This document shows positions 21,026 through 31,164 of a stretch of 64,000 nucleotides of DNA, in pieces. The stretch covers positions 1,856,001 through 1,920,000 of the forward strand of contig OZ219747.1 of NCBI GenBank assembly GCA_964291265.2, written 5' to 3'. Each line of letters starts with the position of its first letter. Position 1 is the stretch's first letter. A program made the position numbers and the translations under genes. The notes under the pieces are model-generated. The model was not told the origin of the DNA. It ran no database searches and saw only the letters and a program-made list of their open reading frames with translations. This DNA comes from Alphaproteobacteria bacterium. GTDB lineage: Bacteria; Pseudomonadota; Alphaproteobacteria; SP197.

Positions 21026-23470
21026 ATGGTCGAGGCCATGAAGACTTTTGCCGAGACGCGCGGAGCGACACAGCAGCTGACGGGAGGTGGTGACGGCCTA
21101 TGTCGGGCGTCAGTGGCCTTGTCATGCGAGGCGCCTGACTGGCGTGCGCTCTATGAGGCGGAGCGGGTTCGTGCGGATGCGGCGGAAGCGCGTATGCGGT
21201 GTGCCAGGCGAACTGGCGGAAGGTAGGGGGTGAAAGTCCCCTGGAACGAAGGAGTAACCAAACCACGTTTCTCCGCGAGCCGTGCGTCGGTTCCCGCGAG
21301 GGGGCAGGCGAAGCGTCGGTAGCGGTACGGATGGGCAGGGCTAATGAGCACCGAAAAAGCTATCATCCGGGGTGCCGAGGCTTTCGCATTGGTCGAAGGC
21401 AACATCGCAGGCATCGATTTGGTGAGATGTCGGCGAGCCCCGCGGTGTCAGAGAACCCATGCACGTCCGCACGCCTTCTGTTGGGACCCTGGGAGATCTT
21501 CAAACCGTCCCGCCGGTTGTGGCGGGACCGCATGGGGAAGGAGAAAACCGAAGCCTATGATGTACGGTTTGAAGAAGTCGGATGAGGCCGTAGTACCTGT
21601 GAAGGCGGCGAACAAGGAAGCGTTAGCTTCTGCGGAGTCGCTGGAGGAAAGGGCCTCAACCAAGGGGAATCCGGGACGCTAAAGCACGCACCGAACGCAG
21701 TGTCGGGCAAGCGTGCCACAGGCGGCGGATCGGATACGGGAAGCCGCAGGCTAGTCCAGTGGTTTGCCGTCCAGTACCCGAGGTAGGAGCCGGATGGATT
21801 AACGTCCACGTCCGGATCTGCGCGGGGGGTGCGCAGCAATGCGCATCCCTACCGCGTCTGACCTGCGCCGTGCGAAGAATTCTGCCCGTGCCCGTGCGGG
21901 CACATTCAAGTTTCATCTCGACCGCACTCGTGATCAGCTCAAGGAGGCTCGCCGGGAGGTGAAGCGTGGACAGGCCCGAGCGGAGGCGCTGGAGCAGGAA
22001 AGGGACGCTCTGAAGCTCAAGAACGCTGAACAGGCGAGCGAGCTGAGGAATCTCCGCGGGACGCGTGCCAAGCACGCGACGGCGCGCTTCGGGTCGAAGA
22101 GCGAGAAACGGAAGAAGAAGGAAGGCACCGGGAACAAGCGGGGTCAGCAACCCGGCAAGAGCGGCCACGGGCGCACTCCGCGTCCGAAGCTCAAGGAGAA
22201 GCACGAACGCCATGATCCACCGGCATCGCAGCGCACGTGCCCGTGTTGCGGCGAGCCCTATGTGGCCAACGGCAGCCACGAGACCTCGATCATGGAGGTC
22301 CATGTCAAGGCTCATGTCCGGCGGATTGAGCGTGGGCGTTGGCGCCGTGGTTGTCAGTGTTCGTCGGCGCCTGCGGAGATCATCGCGCCGCCACCTTTGC
22401 GCTTGCTTGCGAATACCCCCTTCGGCATCAGTGTCTGGGCATGCGTGCTCTATGAGCGCTTCGCCTGCTTGCGTCCCCTGCGCCGGGTCTCGCGATGGCT
22501 GGAAGACCAGGGACTGCCGATGGCGCCGGGAACGATCGCTGGCGGCATGAAGAAGATGACGCCGATGTTCGCGCCTCTCGCTCAGGCCATCCTCGATCAT
22601 CAGAACCGGCTGACGGTGCGCCACGGCGACGAGACCAGCTGGCGCATCCAGTCCCTCAAGGCCTCGGGGCGCTCGCAGAAGGCCTGGCTGTGGACCGCGG
22701 TCAGCGCCGACTCCGTCTTCTTCCTTATCGACCCGTCACGCAGCACCCGGGTGGCCATGGTGCTGTTCGCCTCCACCGAAGGCACCGTCTTCCTTGTCTG
22801 CGATCGCTACGCGGTCTACAGGAAACTGGAGCGTGAGCTTGATGGCAAGGTGATCCTCTGCCTTTGCTGGGCGCACTCCAGGCGCGATGTGATCGAGGCT
22901 GCGGCAGGCCAAGAGGGGCTGGAAGAGTGGTGCGACAAGTGGCTCGACAGGATCGCGCTGATCTACACACTGAATGGGCAACGGCTGAAGCACTACGATC
23001 CCGCACGCAAGCGTCAGTCAGCGAGGTTCAATGCCCTGCAGAAGGACCTTCGTGCGGCTGTCGAGGCGCTGTTCAGGCAGGCTCAGGAGGAACTCGACGC
23101 CTTGCCCGAGGGTGCACGCGAAGCGAAGCCCTTGCGTTCCCTGATCCGTCACCGCGAGGGACTGTGCGTCTTTGTCGACCATCCCCAGGTGCCCATGGAC
23201 AACAACCTGGCCGAGAGAACCCTCCGGGGTGCGGTGACCGCGAGAAAGCTGAGCTTCGGCTCCGACAGCGAGGAAGGCGCCGCCTTCACCGCCATCATGT
23301 ACTCGGTCATCGGCACCCTTGCCATGAACAACATCAATGTTCGGCGCTGGCTTCATGAGTGGCTTGAGGCCTGCGCGCAGAACGGCGGCAAGCCGCCGGA
23401 TGACCTCGACCCGTGGCTGCCATGGTCGATGCCCCCGGAGCGTCGAAGGGACCTCATGGAACCGGGGTGA
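21026..23470 (+). CDS. IS66 transposase (TnpC), interrupted by a sense-oriented intron at 21199-21858
   Basis: FGSKSEK, CPCCG zinc finger, HGDETSW, CDRYAVY, CWAHSRR, DNNLAER; splicing would restore ...EARMR/DLRR. Confidence 0.88.
21199..21858 (+). ncRNA. ORF-less (internally deleted) group II intron, 660 nt
   Basis: 5' GTGTG; DV GAGCCGGATGG...TCCGGATC and DVI kept; ~1.26 kb of the RT removed; ends ...CGCGTC instead of ...CGCGAC. Confidence 0.9.
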
Positions 23471-23760
23471 TCGAGTGCCGTTACGACGGCCGTGACTTCA
23501 CCGCGCACGAGATGGCGCTGTTGCGCTCCCTGATCACCCAGCACCCCACCCGTGCGGCCATCGCCCGCGCCTTCTGCCGCGAGACCGGCTGATACAAGCC
23601 CGACGGGGCCTCAAGAACATGATGGCGAATGTCGCCTTTCTGGCCATGCACCGCGACGGCCTCATCACCCTGCCGCCACCCCAACGACGAGCAACCCGAC
23701 CCGGACCCATCGTCTTCGGACCCAACAGCGAACCGCCACGTGGTGCGCCTCCCAAACGCA
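23467..23760 (+). pseudogene. DUF4338-type N-terminal passenger remnant inside IS66 (mirrored in copy B, ~54725-55018)
   Basis: VIECRYDGRDFTAHEMALLRSLI...FCRETG*YKPDG/LKNMMANVAFLAMHRDGLITLPPP; GTGA-coupled to tnpC; has a stop and a frameshift. Confidence 0.65.
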
Positions 23761-23943
23761 TCCTCAACCGGTGAATATCACCAACAATCACCGCGTGGCC
23801 GAACGCTTACGGACAGCCTGCCAAGGTGACTCGGAAGAGTCTCTGTACGGGAACTGCATCCGTCTCCAACGGCAACTTCTCGAAGCCCTGCACCGGGGGC
23901 TGAACATCGAGATGAAGTCCACTTTCGCGGTCTCGACGCCGTC

Positions 23944-24633
23944 ATGAACCCCGGTGATGTCAGGAGGGTACAGGTAGGGAGGGAGTTGTCGACCGTCCAG
24001 CACGGTGGCTTTGGGTCAGAAACCGGACATACACGGACAAGGATCGACGCAGTCGATGAACTGCAACTACGAGGCAGACAGTCGGATCAGGCCACGGGTA
24101 TCATCAGACAACGGCAATCAAGTCAGGGCGCGGGTTTCGGCAACTTGCCGTCAGGGGTAGTGTCAGGGGCGTTTCCAGGCATGATGGAGCCGTTGCATTC
24201 TGGCAACCTCCATCAGGAGGCCCGTGTCGGCAGCATCATCAAGGAGAGAGCCGAAACAGAAACTTTACCATACCAGACGCGTCTGTCGGGACCTGTTCAA
24301 TTTCTCAAGAAACTCCTGGGCACATGGTCGCTGGACTTGACGAATGCGCCTGTCCTGCTCGGAATGGATCCGGATGACGGATTATTCGCGGAAAACCTGT
24401 TGAACGGTCGAGTCCCTCTCAGGGGGCGTGACGCCAAGGATCGCATTGTACACCTGTACCGGATTCGCAAGATCTTGTCAGCACTGTTTCGTGATGAACA
24501 AGTCGAGAATGAGTGGCTTCGAGAGCCGCACGAGATGCTGAACGAGCGCTCGCCTATGGACCTGATGTTGGATGGGTCGATGGAAAATCTCCTTCTGGTG
24601 AAGGAGTATGTCGAAGCAGCAGCAGGGCGTTGA
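23944..24633 (+). CDS. Xre/MbcA/ParS-type antitoxin
   Basis: C-terminal EWLREPHEMLNERSPMDLMLDG...VKEYVE. Confidence 0.8.
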   Translation: MNPGDVRRVQVGRELSTVQHGGFGSETGHTRTRIDAVDELQLRGRQSDQATGIIRQRQSSQGAGFGNLPSGVVSGAFPGMMEPLHSGNLHQEARVGSIIKERAETETLPYQTRLSGPVQFLKKLLGTWSLDLTNAPVLLGMDPDDGLFAENLLNGRVPLRGRDAKDRIVHLYRIRKILSALFRDEQVENEWLREPHEMLNERSPMDLMLDGSMENLLLVKEYVEAAAGR

Positions 24634-24635
24634 GT

Positions 24636-25262
24636 ATGCTGGACCAGATTGCCAGTCGATACTGCAGGGAGGTTCTCGTTCGATTTGCAAGCCACCGAAC
24701 TGATGAGGATTTTCTGGGCGACCAGGACATGACAGCGGAACAGATTGCTGAGATGAAGGAATTGCTGATGTCTCGCGGCGTGAACGAATCCCTCGAGGAA
24801 CTTGTTGATACACCATTCAAACCGAAACGTCAGCTTTATAAGTCTGGTTATGCCGAAACGCGTTTTTCCGACGGGACCTTTCCGGTCGGGTATTTCGCCA
24901 TGGAGCCAGAGACGGCGGAAGCAGAAGTTCGCTACTGGTTTTGCAAGAATTTTTTTGGCAGGCCAAGTGATAAGCGAAGGGCGTGGTACTCGCGATTTAC
25001 ATGTGACTTTGCAGGCCATGCAAAGGACTTGCGCCCCATGCAAGCTGCATGGCCTGACCTGATGAACAGAACCGACTATGCGTTTTGCAGGCGGTTGGGA
25101 ACGCAGGCCATGTCCGAGGGCCTGGATGCACTGCTGACCCCATCGGTCCGCAAGTCGAGCGGAACCAATGTACCGGTATTCGTCAGGCGGGCACTCAAGC
25201 GATCCTCGCGAACATTCATTGGTCGAGATCCGGTGCGATCAGACATGCGACACGGGAGATGA
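24636..25262 (+). CDS. RES-domain toxin (possible C-terminal frameshift near 25197)
   Basis: TRFSDG, TAEAEV, LLTPSVR, GTNVPVF motifs; directly follows the antitoxin. Confidence 0.8.
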   Translation: MLDQIASRYCREVLVRFASHRTDEDFLGDQDMTAEQIAEMKELLMSRGVNESLEELVDTPFKPKRQLYKSGYAETRFSDGTFPVGYFAMEPETAEAEVRYWFCKNFFGRPSDKRRAWYSRFTCDFAGHAKDLRPMQAAWPDLMNRTDYAFCRRLGTQAMSEGLDALLTPSVRKSSGTNVPVFVRRALKRSSRTFIGRDPVRSDMRHGR

Positions 25263-25570
25263 CTGATCGACACACTGGCGCACCCGAAGGTGATGGCGCA
25301 TCGCCGGAGTGCAGGCGCCCCTCACCGTCCGGGACATCGTCAAGGTTCGACGTTCGACCGGCCGATGCCGGGCCTCATCGGGGATGGATGATGCCTGAGC
25401 CGGTCAACGACAGCAGCCGCGCCGGCTGCCCTGCCGGGGGCGCCGCATGAAGCATGGGTGTCAGACCCGGACCATCATCGACACGTGAAATCCGACCCCG
25501 GGACTGGTACGAAGCACAGTCCCCGAGGAACGAAGTGTCAGTGCAGGGGAAAGCGGGAGGATCGGGAACC

Positions 25571-27004
25571 ATGGCCAGCAACGTTCTTGTCATCTGTTCG
25601 GACCAGCACTGGCGCGATGCGGCGGGTTGCCACGGGCATCCATTGGTCCTCACGCCCAACATCGACGCTCTCGCCCGGCGCGGCACCGTCTTCGATGTCG
25701 CCTATTCGGCGGCGCCCATCTGCGTCTCGGCCCGCGCCGCCATGCAGACCGGGCGCTGGGTCCACCAGCTTGGCACCTGGTCGAGCGCCGAACCCTACGA
25801 CGGTTCGCCCAGGAGCTGGGGGCACCGGCTCCAGGAGGAGGGGCGGCGGGTGGTGTCCATCGGCAAGCTCCACTTCCGGTCGAGCGAAGACGACAACGGC
25901 TTCACCGAGGAGGTCATCCCGGTCCACATCCTGAACGGGATCGGCTTCACCTCGTCCATGGTGCGGGACGGTCTTGAACCCTATGCCAGCAACGCGGATT
26001 TTGCCCTTGACATCGGGCGCGGCGAATCGCGCTACACGCGTTACGACCGCAAGGTCACCGAGCTTGCCTGCGCCTGGCTTGGCGATGCTGCTCCGGGAAC
26101 CGATCAGCCGTGGACGCTCTTCTGTTCCTTCGTGGCGCCGCACCATCCCATCGTTGCCCCCGACACGTTCCACGATCTCTACGACAGGCGGCAGGTCGAC
26201 CTGCCGCGCCTGCGCGCACCTGGAGAACGGCCGGTCCATCCGGTCCTCGATGTCTGCCAGGCGATCTGGGACTACGACCGGCATTTCCGGGACGATGACC
26301 ACATCATCGAGGCGCGACATGCCTACTACGGCTACGTCTCCTTCCTCGACGACAATGTCGGGCGCGTGCTCGCTGCGCTCGAGGCGTCCGGCGAGGCGGA
26401 CAACACCCTCGTGATCTACATGTCCGATCACGGCGAAATGCTCGGCAACCACGGCATGTGGGCGAAGATGAACATGTACGAGGAATCGTCGGCCATTCCT
26501 CTCATTGCTGCCGGACCCGGCATGCCGGCGGGGCGGCGCTGCGCCTCTCCGGCCTCCCACATCGATCTTTGTCCCACCGTCCTGAAGGCCCACGGACTCG
26601 ACAGTGCCGACGGCCTCGATGGTGTCGCATTGCAGGACCTTGCGGGAGGCGGTCACCATGACCGGGCCGTTCTCTCGGAGTACCACGAGCGCGGCGCCGT
26701 CACCGGCATGTTCATGATGCGCTGGCGGAACTGGAAGTACATTGCCTATCCGGGATACTCACCGCAGCTTTTCGACATGGACGACGATTCCGTCGAGTCC
26801 GCCGATCTTGGCCGGCACCCGGCCCATGAGGCCACGCGGGCGGCCTGCGAGGCGCGCCTTCGCGCCCTTGTGGACTGCGATGCGGTCAACCGACGCTGTT
26901 TCGCCGATCAGGCGCGAAAGATCGCGGCCCTCGGTGGCCGCGAGGCAGCCATGGCGGACGGTGAACACGCCTACACGCCCATGCCCGACGTGACCTCGCT
27001 GTAA
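25571..27004 (+). CDS. Sulfatase (choline-sulfatase-like)
   Basis: SDQH, CVSARAAMQTGR, GKLH, SDHGEMLG, MYEESS. Confidence 0.88.
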   Translation: MASNVLVICSDQHWRDAAGCHGHPLVLTPNIDALARRGTVFDVAYSAAPICVSARAAMQTGRWVHQLGTWSSAEPYDGSPRSWGHRLQEEGRRVVSIGKLHFRSSEDDNGFTEEVIPVHILNGIGFTSSMVRDGLEPYASNADFALDIGRGESRYTRYDRKVTELACAWLGDAAPGTDQPWTLFCSFVAPHHPIVAPDTFHDLYDRRQVDLPRLRAPGERPVHPVLDVCQAIWDYDRHFRDDDHIIEARHAYYGYVSFLDDNVGRVLAALEASGEADNTLVIYMSDHGEMLGNHGMWAKMNMYEESSAIPLIAAGPGMPAGRRCASPASHIDLCPTVLKAHGLDSADGLDGVALQDLAGGGHHDRAVLSEYHERGAVTGMFMMRWRNWKYIAYPGYSPQLFDMDDDSVESADLGRHPAHEATRAACEARLRALVDCDAVNRRCFADQARKIAALGGREAAMADGEHAYTPMPDVTSL

Positions 27005-27019
27005 GGAAGGGAGACGGTC

Positions 27020-27916
27020 CTACCGGGGTTGAGCCTCGTCGATCAGCGATCTCAGCAACGCGATGTGGCGGGGCAGGGTGCCGCAGCACCCGCCGACGAT
27101 GCGGGCGCCATCGGCAAGCCACCGGGCGACATGGTCGCGGTATGATTCGGGATCGAGGTCATGGCGGTGGCCGATCGACTTGTCGCCGGGATAAATCGGA
27201 ACGAAGGTGTTGGCGTAACCTCCGGTGGGGCGGCCGGTGGCCAGAAGTTCGGGCAGGGCCCGCGTCACGGCCTCCGGTGTGCAGCAGTTGGCAATGAAGG
27301 CGCTGACCGGCAGATCGGCGACACTGCGGGCAGCCTCAGCAACGCTCGTGCCGTCCTTGAGCGAGGCCTCCTTCTCTTCGTGGAGCGTCCAGCCGATCCA
27401 CACGGGCTTGCCGGTGGCCGCCGCCGCCGCCGCGGACGCACGGGTCTCGGCCACCGTGGTGAGCGTCTCGCAGATGAAGAGGTCGACACCGTCGGCCAGG
27501 ATGCCGGCCTGTTCGGCGTAGCGTTCCGCCAGGATGTCCTCGGAGTCGACCTCGTCGGGGAGGTAACTGTCCGACAGCGGCGGCAGCGAGCCGGCGATGA
27601 GGACATGGCGATCTTCGGCGTCGACGGCCTGGCGGGCGATTTCGAGCGCCTTGAGATTGAGTTCGCGGAACCGGTCCTCGATGCCGAGATCGGCCATGAA
27701 GGACCGCACGACGCCGTAGGTGTTGGTGATGATGAGATCGGCGCCGGCACGGATGAAATCGCGGTGCAATCCGAGGACGGCATCGGGTGCTTCGATGAGT
27801 GCGCGCCCCGACCAGAATGGTGAACCGGGCTGACGCCATCCCATGCTGGCGAGGGCTTCTCCCATGCCTCCGTCGGTGAGGATCGGGCGATCATCCTCCA
27901 GGGCGGCGTTTATCAT
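27020..27916 (-). CDS. Homocysteine S-methyltransferase family protein
   Basis: LTDGGMG, FIRAGADLIITNTY, ANCC, VGGCCG. Confidence 0.9.
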   Translation of the reverse strand: MINAALEDDRPILTDGGMGEALASMGWRQPGSPFWSGRALIEAPDAVLGLHRDFIRAGADLIITNTYGVVRSFMADLGIEDRFRELNLKALEIARQAVDAEDRHVLIAGSLPPLSDSYLPDEVDSEDILAERYAEQAGILADGVDLFICETLTTVAETRASAAAAAATGKPVWIGWTLHEEKEASLKDGTSVAEAARSVADLPVSAFIANCCTPEAVTRALPELLATGRPTGGYANTFVPIYPGDKSIGHRHDLDPESYRDHVARWLADGARIVGGCCGTLPRHIALLRSLIDEAQPR

Positions 27917-28013
27917 GGCGTTGCTCCATTGAATTGCCCGGGCATCTTGCGCCACTATGGCGAAAACCGTTCAAGGTTGCGATCCCTCGAATGGGATCAA
28001 TGGGAAGGACATC

Positions 28014-28757
28014 ATGAACCGTTCGCCGGTTACCTACACGTTGTGGCTTGCCAGCGCCAATGCGGTTGCCGTCGAAGCGGCCAGCATCCACGGTTGCCAT
28101 GGCATCACCATCGACATGGAGCATGGCGTCTTCGATCACGGCGATGTTGACCGGCTGATCCTTCTGGCCCGCGAATCGAGCCTTCAGTCCTTTGTCCGGG
28201 TCGCCGAACCGACGCGTATCGCGGTCCAGAAGCCGCTCGATTCCGGAGCGACGGGAGTCATTGTCCCCCATGTCGACGATCTCGATCATGCCCGCGAAGT
28301 GACGGCCTTTGCCAAGTATCCGCCCATGGGTGACCGCAGCGTCGGGGGCGGCCGGACCTTCGGCTACGGTGGACGTGGCGAGGCCTTCTTTGCTGCCGAG
28401 AACGCCCGCGTACGCTGTTATCCCATGGTGGAGACCGTCGGCGCTCTCGAGGATGTCGAGGCCATCCTGGCGCTCGATTGCGTGGACGGGGTCTTCCTCG
28501 GGCCGGCGGATCTCAACATGGCGCGGGGCCGCAGGGGCGTGTTCGGCGACGTCGACGCGGAAGACCGCAGCCGCGTCGCCGATGCGTGCCGCAAGGCAGG
28601 AAAGGACTTCGGCATGAACGTCTACACGACCGGGGACATGGAGGCATCGCGAGAGATCGGTCTCACCTTCGCAGCGCTTCTGGACGATGTCGCAGCCCTT
28701 CTCGATGGCTACGGCCGCATCGTGAGCGATGCGCGCAGGATCATCGAGGGCGCCTGA
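28014..28757 (+). CDS. HpcH/HpaI aldolase family protein
   Basis: IDMEHG, KPLDSGA, YPPMGDRS, MVET, FLGPADL. Confidence 0.88.
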   Translation: MNRSPVTYTLWLASANAVAVEAASIHGCHGITIDMEHGVFDHGDVDRLILLARESSLQSFVRVAEPTRIAVQKPLDSGATGVIVPHVDDLDHAREVTAFAKYPPMGDRSVGGGRTFGYGGRGEAFFAAENARVRCYPMVETVGALEDVEAILALDCVDGVFLGPADLNMARGRRGVFGDVDAEDRSRVADACRKAGKDFGMNVYTTGDMEASREIGLTFAALLDDVAALLDGYGRIVSDARRIIEGA

Positions 28758-28780
28758 CAGAAGAGGAGGGAGGTAGGGTC

Positions 28781-29617
28781 ATGGTCACGGGGAGCTGCCT
28801 GTGCGGCGCGGTGCGCTGGCGCATCGATGGTCCGCTCACGGGGATGACCCATTGCCATTGTTCCATGTGCCGCAAGATCCACGGAGCGCCGTTTGCCACC
28901 TATGCCGCGGTGGATCCGGAGACCGTGGCCTTCCTGTCAGACAAGGATCATGTGGATTTCTTCGAATCGTCCCCCGGCGCCCTACGCGCCTTTTGTTCCA
29001 GGTGCGGGTCGGTGGTGCCGGTTCCCGGTGAATCGGCGACGCCGGTGGGTGGTCTCGATGGTGATCCCGGCGCCAGGCCCGAAGTGCATATCTTCGCTGC
29101 CTTCCGGGCGCCGTGGCACATCATCGCCGACGATCTGCCGCGTCACGACATCTGGGGGGAGGAGACGGAGGGTCCGGTCATCGACATGCCGGCACGGGCC
29201 GCGCCGGAGGCGGACAACCTTCACGGCAGCTGCCTGTGCAACGCCATCGCCTACGAGGCGCCATCGCGTTTCACGCGGGTGCACAACTGTCACTGCTCGC
29301 GGTGCCGCAAGGCGCGCGCTGCAGCCCACACGACCAATGGCTTTCTCGATATGGACGACCTCCGCTTCACCCGCGGCGAGGATCACCTCAGGATCTGGCA
29401 TCTGCCGGGTGCGCAGTATTTCGCCCAGTCGTTCTGTGTCCGCTGCGGTTCCGTCATGCCCCGTCATGACCGCGGGCGCATGGTTGCGGTGATTCCCTTC
29501 GGGTCTCTTGACAGCGATCCCGGGCAGTCGGCCGATGATCATGTCTTCGTCGGTTCCAGGGCACCCTGGTACGACTTCGCCGATCACCTTCCCCGTCATG
29601 ACGGGATGCCGTCATGA
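28781..29617 (+). CDS. GFA family protein with two tandem GFA domains
   Basis: Two copies of GSCLC...CHCSxCRK...FCxRCGS. Confidence 0.88.
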   Translation: MVTGSCLCGAVRWRIDGPLTGMTHCHCSMCRKIHGAPFATYAAVDPETVAFLSDKDHVDFFESSPGALRAFCSRCGSVVPVPGESATPVGGLDGDPGARPEVHIFAAFRAPWHIIADDLPRHDIWGEETEGPVIDMPARAAPEADNLHGSCLCNAIAYEAPSRFTRVHNCHCSRCRKARAAAHTTNGFLDMDDLRFTRGEDHLRIWHLPGAQYFAQSFCVRCGSVMPRHDRGRMVAVIPFGSLDSDPGQSADDHVFVGSRAPWYDFADHLPRHDGMPS

Positions 29618-31164
29618 AGGCCGCGACGAGAAACAGCTGGGCGCCGGAGATCGAGCTCAAGTTCGCCGTCTCGCCGGAAGCCGCGGGATCGCTTCTCCAC
29701 CTGCCGCCGCTGCGCAGGGCGCGGGATCTTGGCGAGCGCTGCATCGATTCACGCTACTTCGACACGGCGGGGGGCCGCCTGCAACGTGACGGCATTGCAT
29801 TGCGCGTGCGGCGTCAGGGTGATTCCTTCGTGCAGACAGCCAAGATGTTCGATCCGGCCGGACACACCGCCTTTCGCCTTGAACGAGAAGATCCGGTCAC
29901 CGGACCACGACCGTGCGCGGCCCTGCTGCGCCAGGCTGCCGGTTCAGGATATGCGGACATCGCTGATGCCGATCTCGTTCCGGCCTTTCGCACCATGATC
30001 AACCGCCGGGTGCTCATGCTGGAGGATCAGGGCAGGGGATCGAGAGTCGAGGTGGCGATCGACAACGGCTTCGTGGAAGCGTCGGGCGCCAGGGAGCCGC
30101 TGAGCGAAATCGAACTCGAGCTCATGGAAGGCGGGGTCGGCGATCTCTACAGCCTGGCGCTCGGGATGCATCGCCAGACACCCCTGGCCATCGAGGTCTT
30201 CACGAAGTCCCAGCGTGGCTATGCGCTCGGTGGTGGTCTGCCGCCGGCATGGAGCAAGGCCGGCGCCTTCGTGCTTGGCCCCGACACAAGTCTCGATGAC
30301 GCCATCGCCCTGACACTGGGACGCTGCTACGGGCACTGGATGAACAACCAGGCCGCGGCCCTTGACGGACGCGATATCGAAGGCGTGCACCAGATGCGTG
30401 TGGCCCTGCGCCGGCTGAGGGCGGCTCTGGAGTTGTTCGCCCCCTGGCTCGGTGACGGAAGCCAGGCGCGCTTCACCGCGGACGTGAAGTGGATTGCCGC
30501 CAGTCTTGCTGCAGTGCGAGACCTCGATGTCTTCAGCCAGGTCATCCTGGCGCCCCTGCGCGAGGCCTTTCAGGGTGACGATGATCTCGCTCACCTCGAG
30601 GCGTGCATGGAGAACCGCAGACGGAAGGCCTGCCGTCGGCTTGTGCTGGCCCTGGGTTCGCCACGCTACACGAGCGTGGTCCTCACACTGGGCCAGTGGA
30701 TCGCCGAGCGTGGCTGGTCTGCGGGCGATCCTGTCCTTGACAGCCCGGCAGGATCCCATGTCGGTCAGGCCTTGAGCGAGGCCTACGCTGACGTGCTGTC
30801 CCGCGGCGAGAGTTTCGCGACCCTGAACGCGGTCGCACGTCATCGACTCCGTCTGCGCATCAAGCGTCTGCGCTATGCCATCCAGTTTGTCGGACCGGCC
30901 TTTCGGGGCACGGGCCCATGGCTCCAGGCGCTTTCGGACCTGCAGGATGCGCTGGGCGTGGCCAACGATGCCGTCGTGGCGGGTGACCTGATCAGGTGCA
31001 GCACCAGGTCGGCCTTCGACAGGCGCCGACTTGCCCGGGCCGCCGGCCTCGTTGCCGGATGGTGGGCGGCAAGGGGGGAACATCTCGAAAGCAACGCGAG
31101 GGCGAGATGGCGGACGTTCACTGAACTCGAGCCATTCTGGAGAACCGACCCGGATTGCCCCTGA
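29614..31164 (+). CDS. CYTH + CHAD domain protein
   Basis: EIELKF, YFDT, EIELEL; VHQMRVALRRLR, HRLRLRIKRLRY, LQDALG. Confidence 0.9.
   Translation: MKAATRNSWAPEIELKFAVSPEAAGSLLHLPPLRRARDLGERCIDSRYFDTAGGRLQRDGIALRVRRQGDSFVQTAKMFDPAGHTAFRLEREDPVTGPRPCAALLRQAAGSGYADIADADLVPAFRTMINRRVLMLEDQGRGSRVEVAIDNGFVEASGAREPLSEIELELMEGGVGDLYSLALGMHRQTPLAIEVFTKSQRGYALGGGLPPAWSKAGAFVLGPDTSLDDAIALTLGRCYGHWMNNQAAALDGRDIEGVHQMRVALRRLRAALELFAPWLGDGSQARFTADVKWIAASLAAVRDLDVFSQVILAPLREAFQGDDDLAHLEACMENRRRKACRRLVLALGSPRYTSVVLTLGQWIAERGWSAGDPVLDSPAGSHVGQALSEAYADVLSRGESFATLNAVARHRLRLRIKRLRYAIQFVGPAFRGTGPWLQALSDLQDALGVANDAVVAGDLIRCSTRSAFDRRRLARAAGLVAGWWAARGEHLESNARARWRTFTELEPFWRTDPDCP

Larger units (their letters stand above)
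20928..23810 (+). mobile_element. IS66-family element copy A (single-transposase type), containing the ORF-less group II intron
   Basis: IRs GTAAGCGTTCGGCC / GGCCGAACGCTTAC; 8-bp TSD GGACAGCC; 2223 bp without the intron. Confidence 0.95.
20334..23947 (+). pseudogene. Lower-GC hypothetical gene split by IS66 copy A (20334-20927 + 23819-23947)
   Basis: AGGAG SD before GTG at 20334; removing the IS and one TSD gives ...VIVSCWTA|CQGDSEESLY...STPS*, whose stop overlaps the antitoxin start (ATGA). Confidence 0.75.
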
